From assembly GCA_934276635.1 (NCBI GenBank), contig CAKQTH010000001.1, positions 200,098-264,097 on the forward strand: DNA of 64,000 bases, in the 5' to 3' direction. This DNA comes from an uncultured Alphaproteobacteria bacterium. Its GTDB lineage: Bacteria; Pseudomonadota; Alphaproteobacteria; RF32; CAG-239. Both the position numbers and the translations under genes were made by a program. Each line of letters starts with the position of its first letter. Position 1 is the stretch's first letter. Positions 29,843-39,527 of the stretch are shown one piece after another. A model generated the notes under the pieces. It ran no database searches and was not told the DNA's origin. It saw only the letters and a program-made list of their open reading frames with translations.

Positions 29843-30279
29843 AAATCGCGCAGATTTTCAAAATCGTTTGAGGTATATATTGTTGAATTTTTTGCGATAT
29901 ACGGCGCATCGGAAAGCAGCATTCCGGCTCTGGGCACAATCTTTTTGGTGCAATGATTGTTCAAAAAATTGAGCCATTCGGTCGGAGCCATTGCCGCTGC
30001 TTCCGGATATTTGTACACGCAAATTCGGCGCAAAAGCTCTGAGGCAATGACCGCCGCTGGCACAATTTTTGTCGGGGAAATCCGGTTTATCAGATGCAGT
30101 GCGTACATTTTTCGGCTTTTTGTCCGCAGATTTTTTATCAGCCTGAAAATAAACGGTAGTAAAATAATCGCAAGTCCGATTACAAACCAGCCGTATGCGG
30201 GCGGAAACCAATCGACGCCGCTCGGAATATGAATATCTCTCAATTCTGGCAGATTCTCGTTCATCACAATATTATCCAA
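29812..30279 (-). CDS. DUF4381-like membrane protein (bat operon accessory)
   Basis: W/P-rich N-terminus, a single TM helix and a basic stretch. Immediately upstream of batA. Confidence 0.5.
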   Translation of the reverse strand: MDNIVMNENLPELRDIHIPSGVDWFPPAYGWFVIGLAIILLPFIFRLIKNLRTKSRKMYALHLINRISPTKIVPAAVIASELLRRICVYKYPEAAAMAPTEWLNFLNNHCTKKIVPRAGMLLSDAPYIAKNSTIYTSNDFENLRDFCRKWIGENL

Positions 30280-30335
30280 AAGTTTTTTCTTTAGAAGAAT
30301 CTAGTTTTTTTACGCCGAAAGTCAAGGCCTGCGGA

Positions 30336-30680
30336 TTATCTGTAATATCTGCGGGTTTTTGCCGCACAGCGATATTTTCCGCCGCATTGTCCTGCCGGTA
30401 TCATATTGTTGTTTATGCACTGTTCATAGGTATAATTGAACGCGGAATCACAGCATGTTCTGAAAAAAGAAGAATCTTCCGGACAGGTGTCTGCCGGATT
30501 TTGTCCCTCTGGACAAGATCTTTTGGAATATCCTTTTCTCAAACATGTATGAATTTGCGGAGCAGAGTGTGAAGACGAGCCTTTTTGCTGTTGCACAATA
30601 AAGTTTACGGCCGCATCGGCAGAAGATGCAAACAAAGCGGCGGCACAAACGCAGCAGGCAAATTTGATAATATTTTTCAT
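30336..30680 (-). CDS. small secreted cysteine-rich protein (114 aa, about 14 Cys)
   Basis: Signal peptide MKNIIKFACCVCAAALFASSADA. Plausible RBS. No family recognised. Confidence 0.4.
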   Translation of the reverse strand: MKNIIKFACCVCAAALFASSADAAVNFIVQQQKGSSSHSAPQIHTCLRKGYSKRSCPEGQNPADTCPEDSSFFRTCCDSAFNYTYEQCINNNMIPAGQCGGKYRCAAKTRRYYR

Positions 30681-30751
30681 ATGTTATTCCTCTCACAAAA
30701 AACAGCATTGCCGCTATTGTAATGCTGTTTTTTCGCTTTTTCAAGCATATT

Positions 30752-33124
30752 TTACGATATGCTGGTGTTGGTGCAAATATCCGGTCTGTTCGGCTGCAGC
30801 AAAGGTTTTAGGCTGCCGCTGAGCGCAATCGGCAAAACTTCGGACACATGGCGCACCGGCACAATATTCAGCTCTTTGCGAACATTTTCCGGCAGCTCTT
30901 CCAAATCTTTTTCGTTGTCCTTCGGAATGAGCACGGTTTTGATGCCGCCGCGCAGAGCAGCCAGCAGTTTTTCTTTCAGCCCTCCGATAGGAAGAACCCG
31001 CCCCTGAAGAGTGATTTCTCCAGTCATTGCCACATCTTTCCGAACCGCAATTCCAGTCAAAACCGACACAATAGTTGTATACATCGCAACGCCGGCCGAT
31101 GGTCCGTCTTTTGGGGTCGCTCCTTCCGGAACATGAATATGAATATCGGTTTTTTCAAATATATCAGAATCAATTCCGAGCTCTGGTGCGTGCGAACGAA
31201 CGACCGAATATGCGGTTTCGATGGATTCTTTCATCACATCGCCGAGCTTTCCTGTCTGCATAATCTTGCCTTTGCCGGCCATTTTTGCCGCCTCGATAAA
31301 CAGAATGTCGCCGCCGACTTCCGTCCAAGCCAAACCGGTTGTGACGCCGACCAAATCGTGATCTTCGGCTTCTCCGAAACGAAACTTTCTGACTCCGAGA
31401 TATTTTTCCAAATTTTCAGATGTTACATCAATTTTCAGGCACTGTTCTTTGGAAAGCAAAATTTCTTTGACCGATTTGCGCGCGATGGTCGAAAGGGATC
31501 TTTCCAGATTGCGCACGCCGGCTTCGCGGGTATAATATCTGATAATATCACGCACCGCATCGTCAGAAATCGTCAGCTCAGAGCATTGAACCGCATTTTC
31601 TCCGAAAATCTTCGGGATAAGATGCCGCTTTGCAATTTCAACCTTCTCATCTTCGGTATAGCCGGAAAGGTGAATAACTTCCATTCTGTCAAGCAGTGGC
31701 CGCGGCATATCAAGCGAATTTGCCGTTGTTACGAACATCACATCTGACAGGTCATAATCAAGCTCAAGGTAATGATCCGAAAAAGTTGAGTTTTGTTCGG
31801 GGTCGAGAACCTCAAGCAGAGCCGAACTAGGGTCTCCGCGCCAGTCAGAACCGAGCTTGTCGATTTCATCAAGCAAAAACAGCGGGTTGGAGCATCCGGC
31901 TTTTTTAATACCTTTGATGATTTTTCCGGGCATTGAGCCGATATATGTTCTGCGGTGGCCTCTGATTTCCGCCTCATCGCGCATACCGCCGAGCGACGCT
32001 CTGACAAATTTGCGTCCGGTCGCCCGCGCGATAGATTTTCCGAGGGAGGTCTTGCCGACGCCTGGTGAGCCGACCAAACACAAAATCGGGCCTTTTACTT
32101 TGTCCGCACGCGACTGAACGGCCAGATATTCGATAATTCTTTCTTTGACTTTTTCGAGCCCGTAATGGTCTTCTTCCAAAATTTCCTGCGCTTTTTTCAG
32201 GTCTTTATTGACCTTAGATTTTTTCTTCCACGGAAGGTCTAAAATCCAGTTCAGATAGTTGCGCACAACGGTTGCCTCAGAAGACATAACGCCCATTGTT
32301 TTGAGCTTTTTAACCTCGGAAAGAGCGCGCTCTTTTGCTTCTTTTGTCAGCTTTGCTTTTTCGATTTTTTTCATATAATCGGAAATTTCATCGTCTTCTT
32401 CACCGTCATTAAGCTCTTTTTGAATGGCTTTCATCTGTTCGTTCAGATAATATTCTTTCTGGCTTTTTTCCATCTGTTTTTTAACGCGGTTTTTGATTTT
32501 GTTTTCAACTTCAAACATCGCGATTTCGGCATCAATAAAGCTCAAAATCTTTTCAAACCGCTCTTTTAGCGACGATGCTTCCAAAAGATCTTGTTTTTGT
32601 TCGATTTTCAGCGCCAGATGCGACGCGATCGTGTCCGCCAGCTTTCCGTAATCTTCAATTTGATTTAAGGAATTCATAATCTCGCCAGAGATGCGCTTTG
32701 ACAGCTGAATATATTCTTTGAATTGAGAAAGCACGACGCGAGCCATTGCCTCCAAATCGGCAAATTGTTCTTTTTTGTTGGGCAAAACTTCTGCTTCGAC
32801 TGAGATATATTCTCCGTTGTCGGAAAAATCGTTTATTTTAACGCGGCTGATTCCTTCTACCAAAATTTTGAGCGTTCCGTCCGGCAGTCTGACAGTCTGA
32901 ATAACATTGCCGAGCGTTCCGATATGATAAATGTCGTCAAATGTCGGATCTTCCACATCTGCCGATTTTTGTGCGACAAGCACAATCTTTTTATCGTCAT
33001 CGGTCAAAGACTGCAATGCGTTAAGCGATTTTTTGCGCCCGACGAAAAGAGGCACAATCATTTTCGGATAAATCACCAAATCACGCAAAGGAAGAGCCGG
33101 AAAGGCTGTTTTTGTGTCAGACAT
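30752..33124 (-). CDS. lon: ATP-dependent protease Lon
   Basis: LON N-domain, AAA+ Walker A GSPGVGKTS and a protease domain with the catalytic Ser in PKDGPSAG. Start refined to MSDTKTAFPALPLRDLVIYP. Confidence 0.95.
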   Translation of the reverse strand: MSDTKTAFPALPLRDLVIYPKMIVPLFVGRKKSLNALQSLTDDDKKIVLVAQKSADVEDPTFDDIYHIGTLGNVIQTVRLPDGTLKILVEGISRVKINDFSDNGEYISVEAEVLPNKKEQFADLEAMARVVLSQFKEYIQLSKRISGEIMNSLNQIEDYGKLADTIASHLALKIEQKQDLLEASSLKERFEKILSFIDAEIAMFEVENKIKNRVKKQMEKSQKEYYLNEQMKAIQKELNDGEEDDEISDYMKKIEKAKLTKEAKERALSEVKKLKTMGVMSSEATVVRNYLNWILDLPWKKKSKVNKDLKKAQEILEEDHYGLEKVKERIIEYLAVQSRADKVKGPILCLVGSPGVGKTSLGKSIARATGRKFVRASLGGMRDEAEIRGHRRTYIGSMPGKIIKGIKKAGCSNPLFLLDEIDKLGSDWRGDPSSALLEVLDPEQNSTFSDHYLELDYDLSDVMFVTTANSLDMPRPLLDRMEVIHLSGYTEDEKVEIAKRHLIPKIFGENAVQCSELTISDDAVRDIIRYYTREAGVRNLERSLSTIARKSVKEILLSKEQCLKIDVTSENLEKYLGVRKFRFGEAEDHDLVGVTTGLAWTEVGGDILFIEAAKMAGKGKIMQTGKLGDVMKESIETAYSVVRSHAPELGIDSDIFEKTDIHIHVPEGATPKDGPSAGVAMYTTIVSVLTGIAVRKDVAMTGEITLQGRVLPIGGLKEKLLAALRGGIKTVLIPKDNEKDLEELPENVRKELNIVPVRHVSEVLPIALSGSLKPLLQPNRPDICTNTSIS

Positions 33125-33308
33125 CTTAAAAAAAACTCCAATTATCATTTTTATCTTTCAATTATATAAGAAACATAAACGCTTTCTGCAAGTGAGATTG
33201 CATTTTTTGGCACAACAATTTTTCTGTGGGCAAATTAAACTTTACTAAATCTTTTTAGTGTAATATTGTTATATATTATCAGAGATTTTTTTAGAGAGAT
33301 GCATCGGT

Positions 33309-34046
33309 TTGAAAAAATTTATAAAGAAAATAGGCAATAAGCTGAAAGATTCCAAGTGGTTTATCAGTGTGGTAAGCGTCGCTCTATACTGGTATGTCCG
33401 CCTTGTCGGAAAAACCACCAAATGGACGACCGATGGTGCTGACCTCTTTTATGATGTTTTGGAAAAAGACAAAAGCCTGATTATGGTTGCCTGGCACGGG
33501 CGGATTTTGATGCTGCCGTATTTTTGGAACCGCAGCGGAAAGCTGAAAGCTCTGGTGTCGCTGCACCGCGACGGAAGGTTGGTTGTCAAAATGCTCGAAA
33601 GTTTCGGCATCGGTACAATCGGAGGTTCTACCAACAACAATGCGACGGCCGCCGCATTGTCTTTGATGAAAACCCTGAAGAAAAATGATTCTATCGCGAT
33701 TATACCAGACGGGCCGCGCGGTCCTTCAATGACTTTGACTTTGAGCCCGCTTTATTATGCTCAAAAAACCGGCAAGCCGATTGTGGGCATTACATTCAGC
33801 ATCAAAGGCTCAAAAATGGCAAAAAGCTGGGATTCTATGATGATTCCGCCGCTGTTTTCAACCGGAATTATATCTGCGACGGAGCCGTTTTATATTCCGA
33901 AAGATGCAAATAAGGAAGAGCTTGAAAAATATCGTTTGCAAATTGAGCAAAAACTGAACGAAATTACCCACAAAGCAGATGAAAAAATGGGGATCCCGCA
34001 TGTTGCTCCCGGAAAAGAGGCAAAAAGGAAAAAATATGCAAAATAA
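33309..34046 (+). CDS. DUF374 (lysophospholipid acyltransferase-like) protein
   Basis: Typical DUF374 layout, directly upstream of waaA where it is commonly found. Confidence 0.6.
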   Translation: MKKFIKKIGNKLKDSKWFISVVSVALYWYVRLVGKTTKWTTDGADLFYDVLEKDKSLIMVAWHGRILMLPYFWNRSGKLKALVSLHRDGRLVVKMLESFGIGTIGGSTNNNATAAALSLMKTLKKNDSIAIIPDGPRGPSMTLTLSPLYYAQKTGKPIVGITFSIKGSKMAKSWDSMMIPPLFSTGIISATEPFYIPKDANKEELEKYRLQIEQKLNEITHKADEKMGIPHVAPGKEAKRKKYAK

Positions 34047-35316
34047 CACTACTTTTTTTATAAAAATCTACAATACTCTGATTCGTGTTTTGTATCCGCT
34101 GGTTATCAAAAGATATATCGACAAGCGCATTGAGCAGGGAAAAGAAGATGTCGCAAGGTTTAATGAGCGAATAGGGCGCCCGACAAAGCCCCGTCCGGAA
34201 GGAAAACTGGTGTGGCTGCACGGCGCATCCGTCGGCGAATCTATATCTATGCTGCCGCTGATAAATCGTCTGCTCGAGCTTTATCCGGATTTGAATGTGA
34301 TGGTCACAACCGGCACAATAACCTCTGCCGAAGTTATGGCAAAGCGCCTGCCGACTCAGGCTTTTCATCAATATTTTCCGATAGACAATCCGGTGTTTGC
34401 AACCAGATTTTTGCGCCACTGGCGGCCTGATGCGATTTTGTGGTTTGAATCGGAATTTTGGCCGGGAATGCTTTCTGCCATAAAACGCAAAAATATTCCG
34501 CTGGTGCTGATAAACGGAAGAATTTCGAACAAAACTTTCAAGCGCTGGCAGCAGTTTGATTTTGTGTGCCGCGAGCTTTTGGGCTGCTTTACATCTTGTC
34601 TCGGACAGTCTGAAGAAGATGCGTACAGGTTGCGCGTGTTGGGTGCAAAAGACGCCGTTTGCCTCGGAAATTTGAAATATGCAGGACTGCCGCTTCCGGT
34701 TGATGAAGAAAAAAAGGCTCAGGTTCTGGCTCAAATCGGCGACAGACCGTTTTGGTTTGCCAGCTCAACGCATGCCGATGAGGAATATAAAATTGCAAGA
34801 TTTCACAAAAATCTTGAGGCAAAAATTCCGCATGCTCTGACCATAATTTCTCCGCGCCACCCGAACAGAGGCGAAGAAATTGAACAAAGACTTGAAAACG
34901 AATTGGGGCTGAAAGTTGCGCTGAGGTCTAAAAACGAGCCGATTTTGCCGGATACGCAGGTTTATGTTGCCGACACAATCGGCGAGATGGGAATTTGGTA
35001 CGCCATATCCGATTTGGTATTTGTCGGCGGTTCGCTGATTCCTCATGGAGGGCAAAACTTTATTGAACCGGCCAGAGACAAATGCGCGGTGATTGTCGGC
35101 CCGCATATGTATAACTTTGCGGAGGCTCTCAGCAAGGCCAAAAAACAAGATGCGATTATGCAGGTGAATGATGTTCTTGACCTTGAAGACAGGGTGATCC
35201 AGCTGATGGAAAACAAAGAGCTGCTGGAGGCAAAAAAGAGTTTGGCATATAACTGGGCGGCCTCGGAGGCAAAAGTTTTAGACGGTATTGTGGACAGAGT
35301 GAAAGGTTATATCTGA
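34036..35316 (+). CDS. waaA: 3-deoxy-D-manno-octulosonic acid (Kdo) transferase WaaA/KdtA
   Basis: Glycos_transf_N domain (WLHGASVGES...). Start refined to MQNNTTFF with an AAGGAAAA RBS. Confidence 0.85.
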   Translation: MQNNTTFFIKIYNTLIRVLYPLVIKRYIDKRIEQGKEDVARFNERIGRPTKPRPEGKLVWLHGASVGESISMLPLINRLLELYPDLNVMVTTGTITSAEVMAKRLPTQAFHQYFPIDNPVFATRFLRHWRPDAILWFESEFWPGMLSAIKRKNIPLVLINGRISNKTFKRWQQFDFVCRELLGCFTSCLGQSEEDAYRLRVLGAKDAVCLGNLKYAGLPLPVDEEKKAQVLAQIGDRPFWFASSTHADEEYKIARFHKNLEAKIPHALTIISPRHPNRGEEIEQRLENELGLKVALRSKNEPILPDTQVYVADTIGEMGIWYAISDLVFVGGSLIPHGGQNFIEPARDKCAVIVGPHMYNFAEALSKAKKQDAIMQVNDVLDLEDRVIQLMENKELLEAKKSLAYNWAASEAKVLDGIVDRVKGYI

Positions 35317-36272
35317 TGAAGACTCCGAAATTTTGGGCAGAGCGAAATTTTACGGCACAGATACTGCGTCCTTTGGGTGAGCTGTATGCCTTTGCAACAA
35401 AAACAAAAATTCGTTTCGGAAAACCGCATTCCGCAAATATTCCGGTTTTGTGCGTCGGAAATCTGACTGCCGGCGGAACCGGAAAAACTCCAGTAGCCAT
35501 TTCTCTGATGAAGATTATGAGAAAAAAGTATAAGCGCCCGATGTTTGTTTCGCGCGGATATGGCGGAAAGCTCAAAAATATTATGGTTGACCGGCAGGAA
35601 AACACATATGAACAGGTCGGCGATGAGCCTTTGCTGTTGTCGCGCCATGCTCCAACAATCATAAATCCGAATCGTTATAATGCGGCGCTTTTGGCTCAAG
35701 ATGAAGGCGCTGATGCGATAGTGATGGACGATGGTTTTCAAAATCAAAGTTTGGCAAAAGACTTGTCGTTTTTGGTTTTTGACGGGCAAGCCGGTATCGG
35801 CAATGGTTTTTGTGTTCCGGCAGGGCCGATGCGCGAAAAGTTTGAAGACGGATTGGAGCGAGCCGATGCGGTCATAATTTTGGGAGAAGATAAGCATAAT
35901 TTGCGGCTGAAAATTTCCGGAATTCCGGTTTTTTACGGCAAAACGGTGCCTTTGACAAAGCCTGATTTTCAAAAAAATGTGATTGCGTTTGCCGGAATTG
36001 GCCGTCCGCAAAAACTGTATGATACACTGCTTGCGCTCGGAGCGGATCTGATTGCGACCAGAGACTTTCCGGATCACCACAAATATAAAGAGCAGGAGCT
36101 GCTTGATTTAATAGATTTTGCCAAAAACACAAATTCTGATTTGTATACAACAACCAAAGACTATGTGAAAATTCCGTACCATCTGCGCGGTGAGTTCAAG
36201 GTTGTTGAAATCGGCATAAAGTGGCAGGACGAGGACAAACTTTGCGAATTTATATGTTCGCGGCTGTTTTAG
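35316..36272 (+). CDS. lpxK: tetraacyldisaccharide 4'-kinase LpxK
   Basis: P-loop GNLTAGGTGKTP, the LpxK family, and start overlap with the waaA stop. Confidence 0.85.
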   Translation: MKTPKFWAERNFTAQILRPLGELYAFATKTKIRFGKPHSANIPVLCVGNLTAGGTGKTPVAISLMKIMRKKYKRPMFVSRGYGGKLKNIMVDRQENTYEQVGDEPLLLSRHAPTIINPNRYNAALLAQDEGADAIVMDDGFQNQSLAKDLSFLVFDGQAGIGNGFCVPAGPMREKFEDGLERADAVIILGEDKHNLRLKISGIPVFYGKTVPLTKPDFQKNVIAFAGIGRPQKLYDTLLALGADLIATRDFPDHHKYKEQELLDLIDFAKNTNSDLYTTTKDYVKIPYHLRGEFKVVEIGIKWQDEDKLCEFICSRLF

Positions 36273-36292
36273 TTTTGGTCTAATAAGCCGTT

Positions 36293-36742
36293 TTAGTTTT
36301 GTTTTAATAATCGGTGGCTGATTTTGTCGCCGATTTTTATTTTGTGCTTTTGAACCTGTCCGGCATTAAGCTCGAGAACCAGTGCAACATCTTTGGTGCA
36401 CGGCAAAAATTTTTCGGAATACGGGGTTGTGTTTTCAAAGATGCAGACGATTTTTCCGTCAGCGTCGGCAAACAGCATATCAAGCGGAATAATCGTGTTT
36501 TTCATCCACATTGTCATAGGTTTCGGCGGATTGTTAAAAAATACCATACCGTTTTGTTCCAGCATCTGTTTGCGAAACATAAGGCCTTTTTCTTTTTGCT
36601 TTTGGCTGATTGCCTCTTCAACGGTATATGTTATTGTATTTCCGTCGGCAATAATGCTCAGATTGGAAATATTTATTTCGTCTTTTTCGCAGGAAGCAAG
36701 AGCGATAACGGCGGCCAAAGCAAAAAGTTTCGGATTTTTCAT
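36293..36742 (-). CDS. DUF192 family protein with signal peptide
   Basis: MKNPKLFALAAVIALASC signal or lipobox and DUF192-like core (PLDMLFADADGKIV). Confidence 0.5.
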   Translation of the reverse strand: MKNPKLFALAAVIALASCEKDEINISNLSIIADGNTITYTVEEAISQKQKEKGLMFRKQMLEQNGMVFFNNPPKPMTMWMKNTIIPLDMLFADADGKIVCIFENTTPYSEKFLPCTKDVALVLELNAGQVQKHKIKIGDKISHRLLKQN

Positions 36743-36876
36743 ATTATGTCTCCTATAAACAACAAGCCTGATTTTATACCATTTGCAAATTTTCACAAGA
36801 TTTTTTTTATGGTTGATAGATTTGTTTTTTTGCCATATCTTATGAAAAAATAAGGATAAAGAGAAAGAAGGTAAAA

Positions 36877-38634
36877 GTGTCTGAACAAAATTTGTCATTG
36901 GGCGGAAATTTGTGGAAAATAAAAAATGCGGACGAAAGAAGCGCCGAGCTTTTGGCGCAGAGGTTTGATATTCCGCTGATTGTGGCAAAATTGTTGGTAC
37001 AAAGAGGTATCAATGCAGATACGGCAGACAGCTTTTTGAACCCCAAACTGCAAAACCTGATGCCTGATCCTTATGTTTTGAAAGATATGGAAAAAGCGGC
37101 AAAAAGGATTGCAGATGCCGCGCAAAATTCCGAAAAAGTCGGCATTATCGGAGATTATGATGTTGACGGAGCCACATCTTCCGCACTTTTTGGGTTGTTT
37201 TTGGAAAGCGTCGGCGTGCGGTCGACAACGCATATTCCGGAAAGAGATGAAGGATACGGCCCGAGCGATACTGCATTTGCCGAATTTGCGGCAGAAGGCA
37301 TAAAATTGGTGATTACGACCGATTGCGGCACAACCGCGTTTGATGTCTTGAACAAGGCGGCAGGCGAAGGTTTTGAGATTATTGTAATTGACCACCACGA
37401 GGCAGAGGCAAAGCTTCCAGATGTTGAAGCGGTTGTGAATCCCAAAAGGCTTGATGATGAGGGAAAATGCCCGTATCTGCGCTTTATGGCGGCGGTCGGA
37501 GTTGTGTTTTTGACTGTCGTTGCGGTCAATCGCGAGCTTAGAAACCGCGGATTTTATAACACACGGCCGATGCCCGATTTGAAAAATTGGCTCGATTTGG
37601 TAGCGCTCGGAACCGTGTGCGATGTTGTGCCTCTGGCCGGGCTGAACCGTGCGTTTGTGCGGCAGGGACTGCGGGTTTTGGCACAGCGCAAAAATCACGG
37701 ACTGAAGATGTTGACGGACAAAGCCGGCATAAGCAATTTCCCGACTTCGTATAATCTCGGCTTTTCGCTGGGGCCTCGGATTAATGCCTGCGGAAGAGTA
37801 GGACAGGCGTCTTTGGGCAATCGTCTGCTGAAGGCAAAAGACGATGTTCAGGCCTCGCTTATTGCCGATAAAATGAACGAGTTTAATGAAACCCGCAAGC
37901 AAATTGAGGCTTATGTGCTGCTTCAGGCGGTCGAGATTTTGGAAAGCACTCCGCAGGAATATCCGATTGCGTTTGTTTACGGGCGCGACTGGCATCAGGG
38001 AGTTATCGGGATTGTGGCCGGAAAACTCAAAGAAAGATACAATCTTCCGGCTTTTGTGATGTCGATTGAAGAAGACGAAGTCAAAGGCTCGGCGCGCTCA
38101 ATTTCAGGCGTTGATTTGGGCGCTTTGATTATTGCGGCAAAAGAAAAAGGCCTGATTACCAAAGGCGGCGGACATATTATGGCGGCCGGATTTTCGCTTG
38201 AAGAAGACAAAATCGAAGAATTTCGCAGCTTTGTCGGACAAGAGGTTAAGCGCCAGCTTGACGGACAGCAGATTTTGCCGACGCTTGAGATTGATGCGGA
38301 GCTGGAACTGGGCGGAGCAAACGCCGATTTGGCCGAAAAAATCGCGATGTTGGAGCCGTTCGGCGCCGCAAATGAAGAGCCTTTGCTTGAAATTGTGAAT
38401 ATTCAGCTTAGCTCTCCGATGATTATCGGCAGCGGCCATGTTCGTTGTTTTTTGCGCTCCGACAACGGAAAAAGCCTGAAGGCCATAGCGTTTAAGGTTG
38501 CGGACAGCGAGCTTGGGAAAGCGTTGTTGACAGGAGCCGGCGACAGGTTTAATGTTGTCGGATATCTGAGAGTTGACAACTGGCAAAATCAGAATTTGGT
38601 ACAGTTTGTTATAGTAGATGCAAAGAGGTTATAA
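36877..38634 (+). CDS. recJ: single-stranded-DNA-specific exonuclease RecJ (GTG start)
   Basis: DHH motifs (IIGDYDVDGATS, DHH) plus DHHA1 and a C-terminal OB domain. Confidence 0.9.
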   Translation: MSEQNLSLGGNLWKIKNADERSAELLAQRFDIPLIVAKLLVQRGINADTADSFLNPKLQNLMPDPYVLKDMEKAAKRIADAAQNSEKVGIIGDYDVDGATSSALFGLFLESVGVRSTTHIPERDEGYGPSDTAFAEFAAEGIKLVITTDCGTTAFDVLNKAAGEGFEIIVIDHHEAEAKLPDVEAVVNPKRLDDEGKCPYLRFMAAVGVVFLTVVAVNRELRNRGFYNTRPMPDLKNWLDLVALGTVCDVVPLAGLNRAFVRQGLRVLAQRKNHGLKMLTDKAGISNFPTSYNLGFSLGPRINACGRVGQASLGNRLLKAKDDVQASLIADKMNEFNETRKQIEAYVLLQAVEILESTPQEYPIAFVYGRDWHQGVIGIVAGKLKERYNLPAFVMSIEEDEVKGSARSISGVDLGALIIAAKEKGLITKGGGHIMAAGFSLEEDKIEEFRSFVGQEVKRQLDGQQILPTLEIDAELELGGANADLAEKIAMLEPFGAANEEPLLEIVNIQLSSPMIIGSGHVRCFLRSDNGKSLKAIAFKVADSELGKALLTGAGDRFNVVGYLRVDNWQNQNLVQFVIVDAKRL

Positions 38635-39356
38635 TGCAGGATAAAATCAAAAGAGCACGCAATATCAAAGAAATAAGAGAAAATAGGCTGAAACGGGAAA
38701 AGGCTGCTTTTATGAAGCTCGGTGCAAAAATAAAAGCATATTTCTTTACCGGAATTTTGGTGACGGCTCCGGTGGCCATAACTTTTTATATGGCATATAA
38801 GCTGATATTTTTTATTGACCGCTTTGTCAGCAAGTTGATTCCGCCTCGTTTTTCGCCGGATCAATATTTGCCGTTTACAATCCCAGGGCTCGGAGTGATA
38901 GTTTTGGTTGCGGCGATGATTTTTGTCGGTATGTTTGCGGCCGGATTCGTCGGAAAGATTATGATTCGCCTCGGTGAGTGGATTGTATATAAGGTTCCGT
39001 TTATCTCAAGCGTATATTCTTTGTTTAAGCAGATTTTCGAGACATTTTTTTCAAATAAAAACCGCTCGTTTGAAAAGGCCGTATTGCTGGAATATCCGCG
39101 CGAAGGATTGTGGGTTATCGGCTTTGTCAGCTCAAAAACCAAAGGTGAGGTTCAAAAAAAACTTGAAGGCGAGATGCTGAATGTTTTTGTTCCGACAACT
39201 CCGAACCCGACTTCCGGATTTTTGCTTTTTGTGCCGGAAGAAAAGGTGATTTATCTGGATACGCCGGTTGAAGAATGCCTGAAATTGGTGATTTCTTGCG
39301 GAATTGTCGAAGCCGAAGAAAAAGTTTCAAAAAAAATAAGACACAAAAAACAATAA
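38634..39356 (+). CDS. DUF502 membrane protein
   Basis: Two N-terminal TM helices and a conserved DUF502 core. ATG overlaps the recJ stop. Confidence 0.65.
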   Translation: MQDKIKRARNIKEIRENRLKREKAAFMKLGAKIKAYFFTGILVTAPVAITFYMAYKLIFFIDRFVSKLIPPRFSPDQYLPFTIPGLGVIVLVAAMIFVGMFAAGFVGKIMIRLGEWIVYKVPFISSVYSLFKQIFETFFSNKNRSFEKAVLLEYPREGLWVIGFVSSKTKGEVQKKLEGEMLNVFVPTTPNPTSGFLLFVPEEKVIYLDTPVEECLKLVISCGIVEAEEKVSKKIRHKKQ

Positions 39357-39404
39357 ACTAGACTTTTATTCGCCCGAAACCGGCTCTATATATACTGAAA
39401 ACTG

Positions 39405-39433
39405 TTGCAAAAAATAAAAAAATAAGGTATAAT
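39405..39433 (+). promoter_or_regulatory. sigma70-like promoter (TTGCAA, 17-nt spacer, TATAAT) for the cysteine-rich protein gene
   Basis: Near-consensus -35 and -10 hexamers with a 17-nt spacer. The leader to the RBS is about 85 nt. Confidence 0.4.
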
Positions 39434-39527
39434 CTTTACAAGACAAAATTGCGGAGAATCGTTTGTCACATTATCAAAACGAGTATCGGCGAACAGTCTT
39501 ATGTGTGTGTATTATAGGAGTACGAAT

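Noticed and set aside
30448-30744. 98-aa minus-strand ORF upstream of lon
   Set aside because: It overlaps the better-supported signal-peptide Cys-rich ORF 30336..30680 in another frame, has no RBS and a basic composition.
36895-37995. 366-aa minus-strand ORF inside recJ
   Set aside because: It is a shadow ORF antisense to recJ, which has diagnostic DHH and DHHA1 motifs. The ORF has R/Q/H-rich composition typical of antisense frames.
39357-39400. Possible direct repeat of the tRNA-Lys 3' end (ttcg...cccgaaaccgg vs ggttcgaaccccgg) marking an island around the Cys-rich gene
   Set aside because: The match is short and gapped and not a convincing att duplication. GC and codon usage of the gene do not visibly differ from the core.
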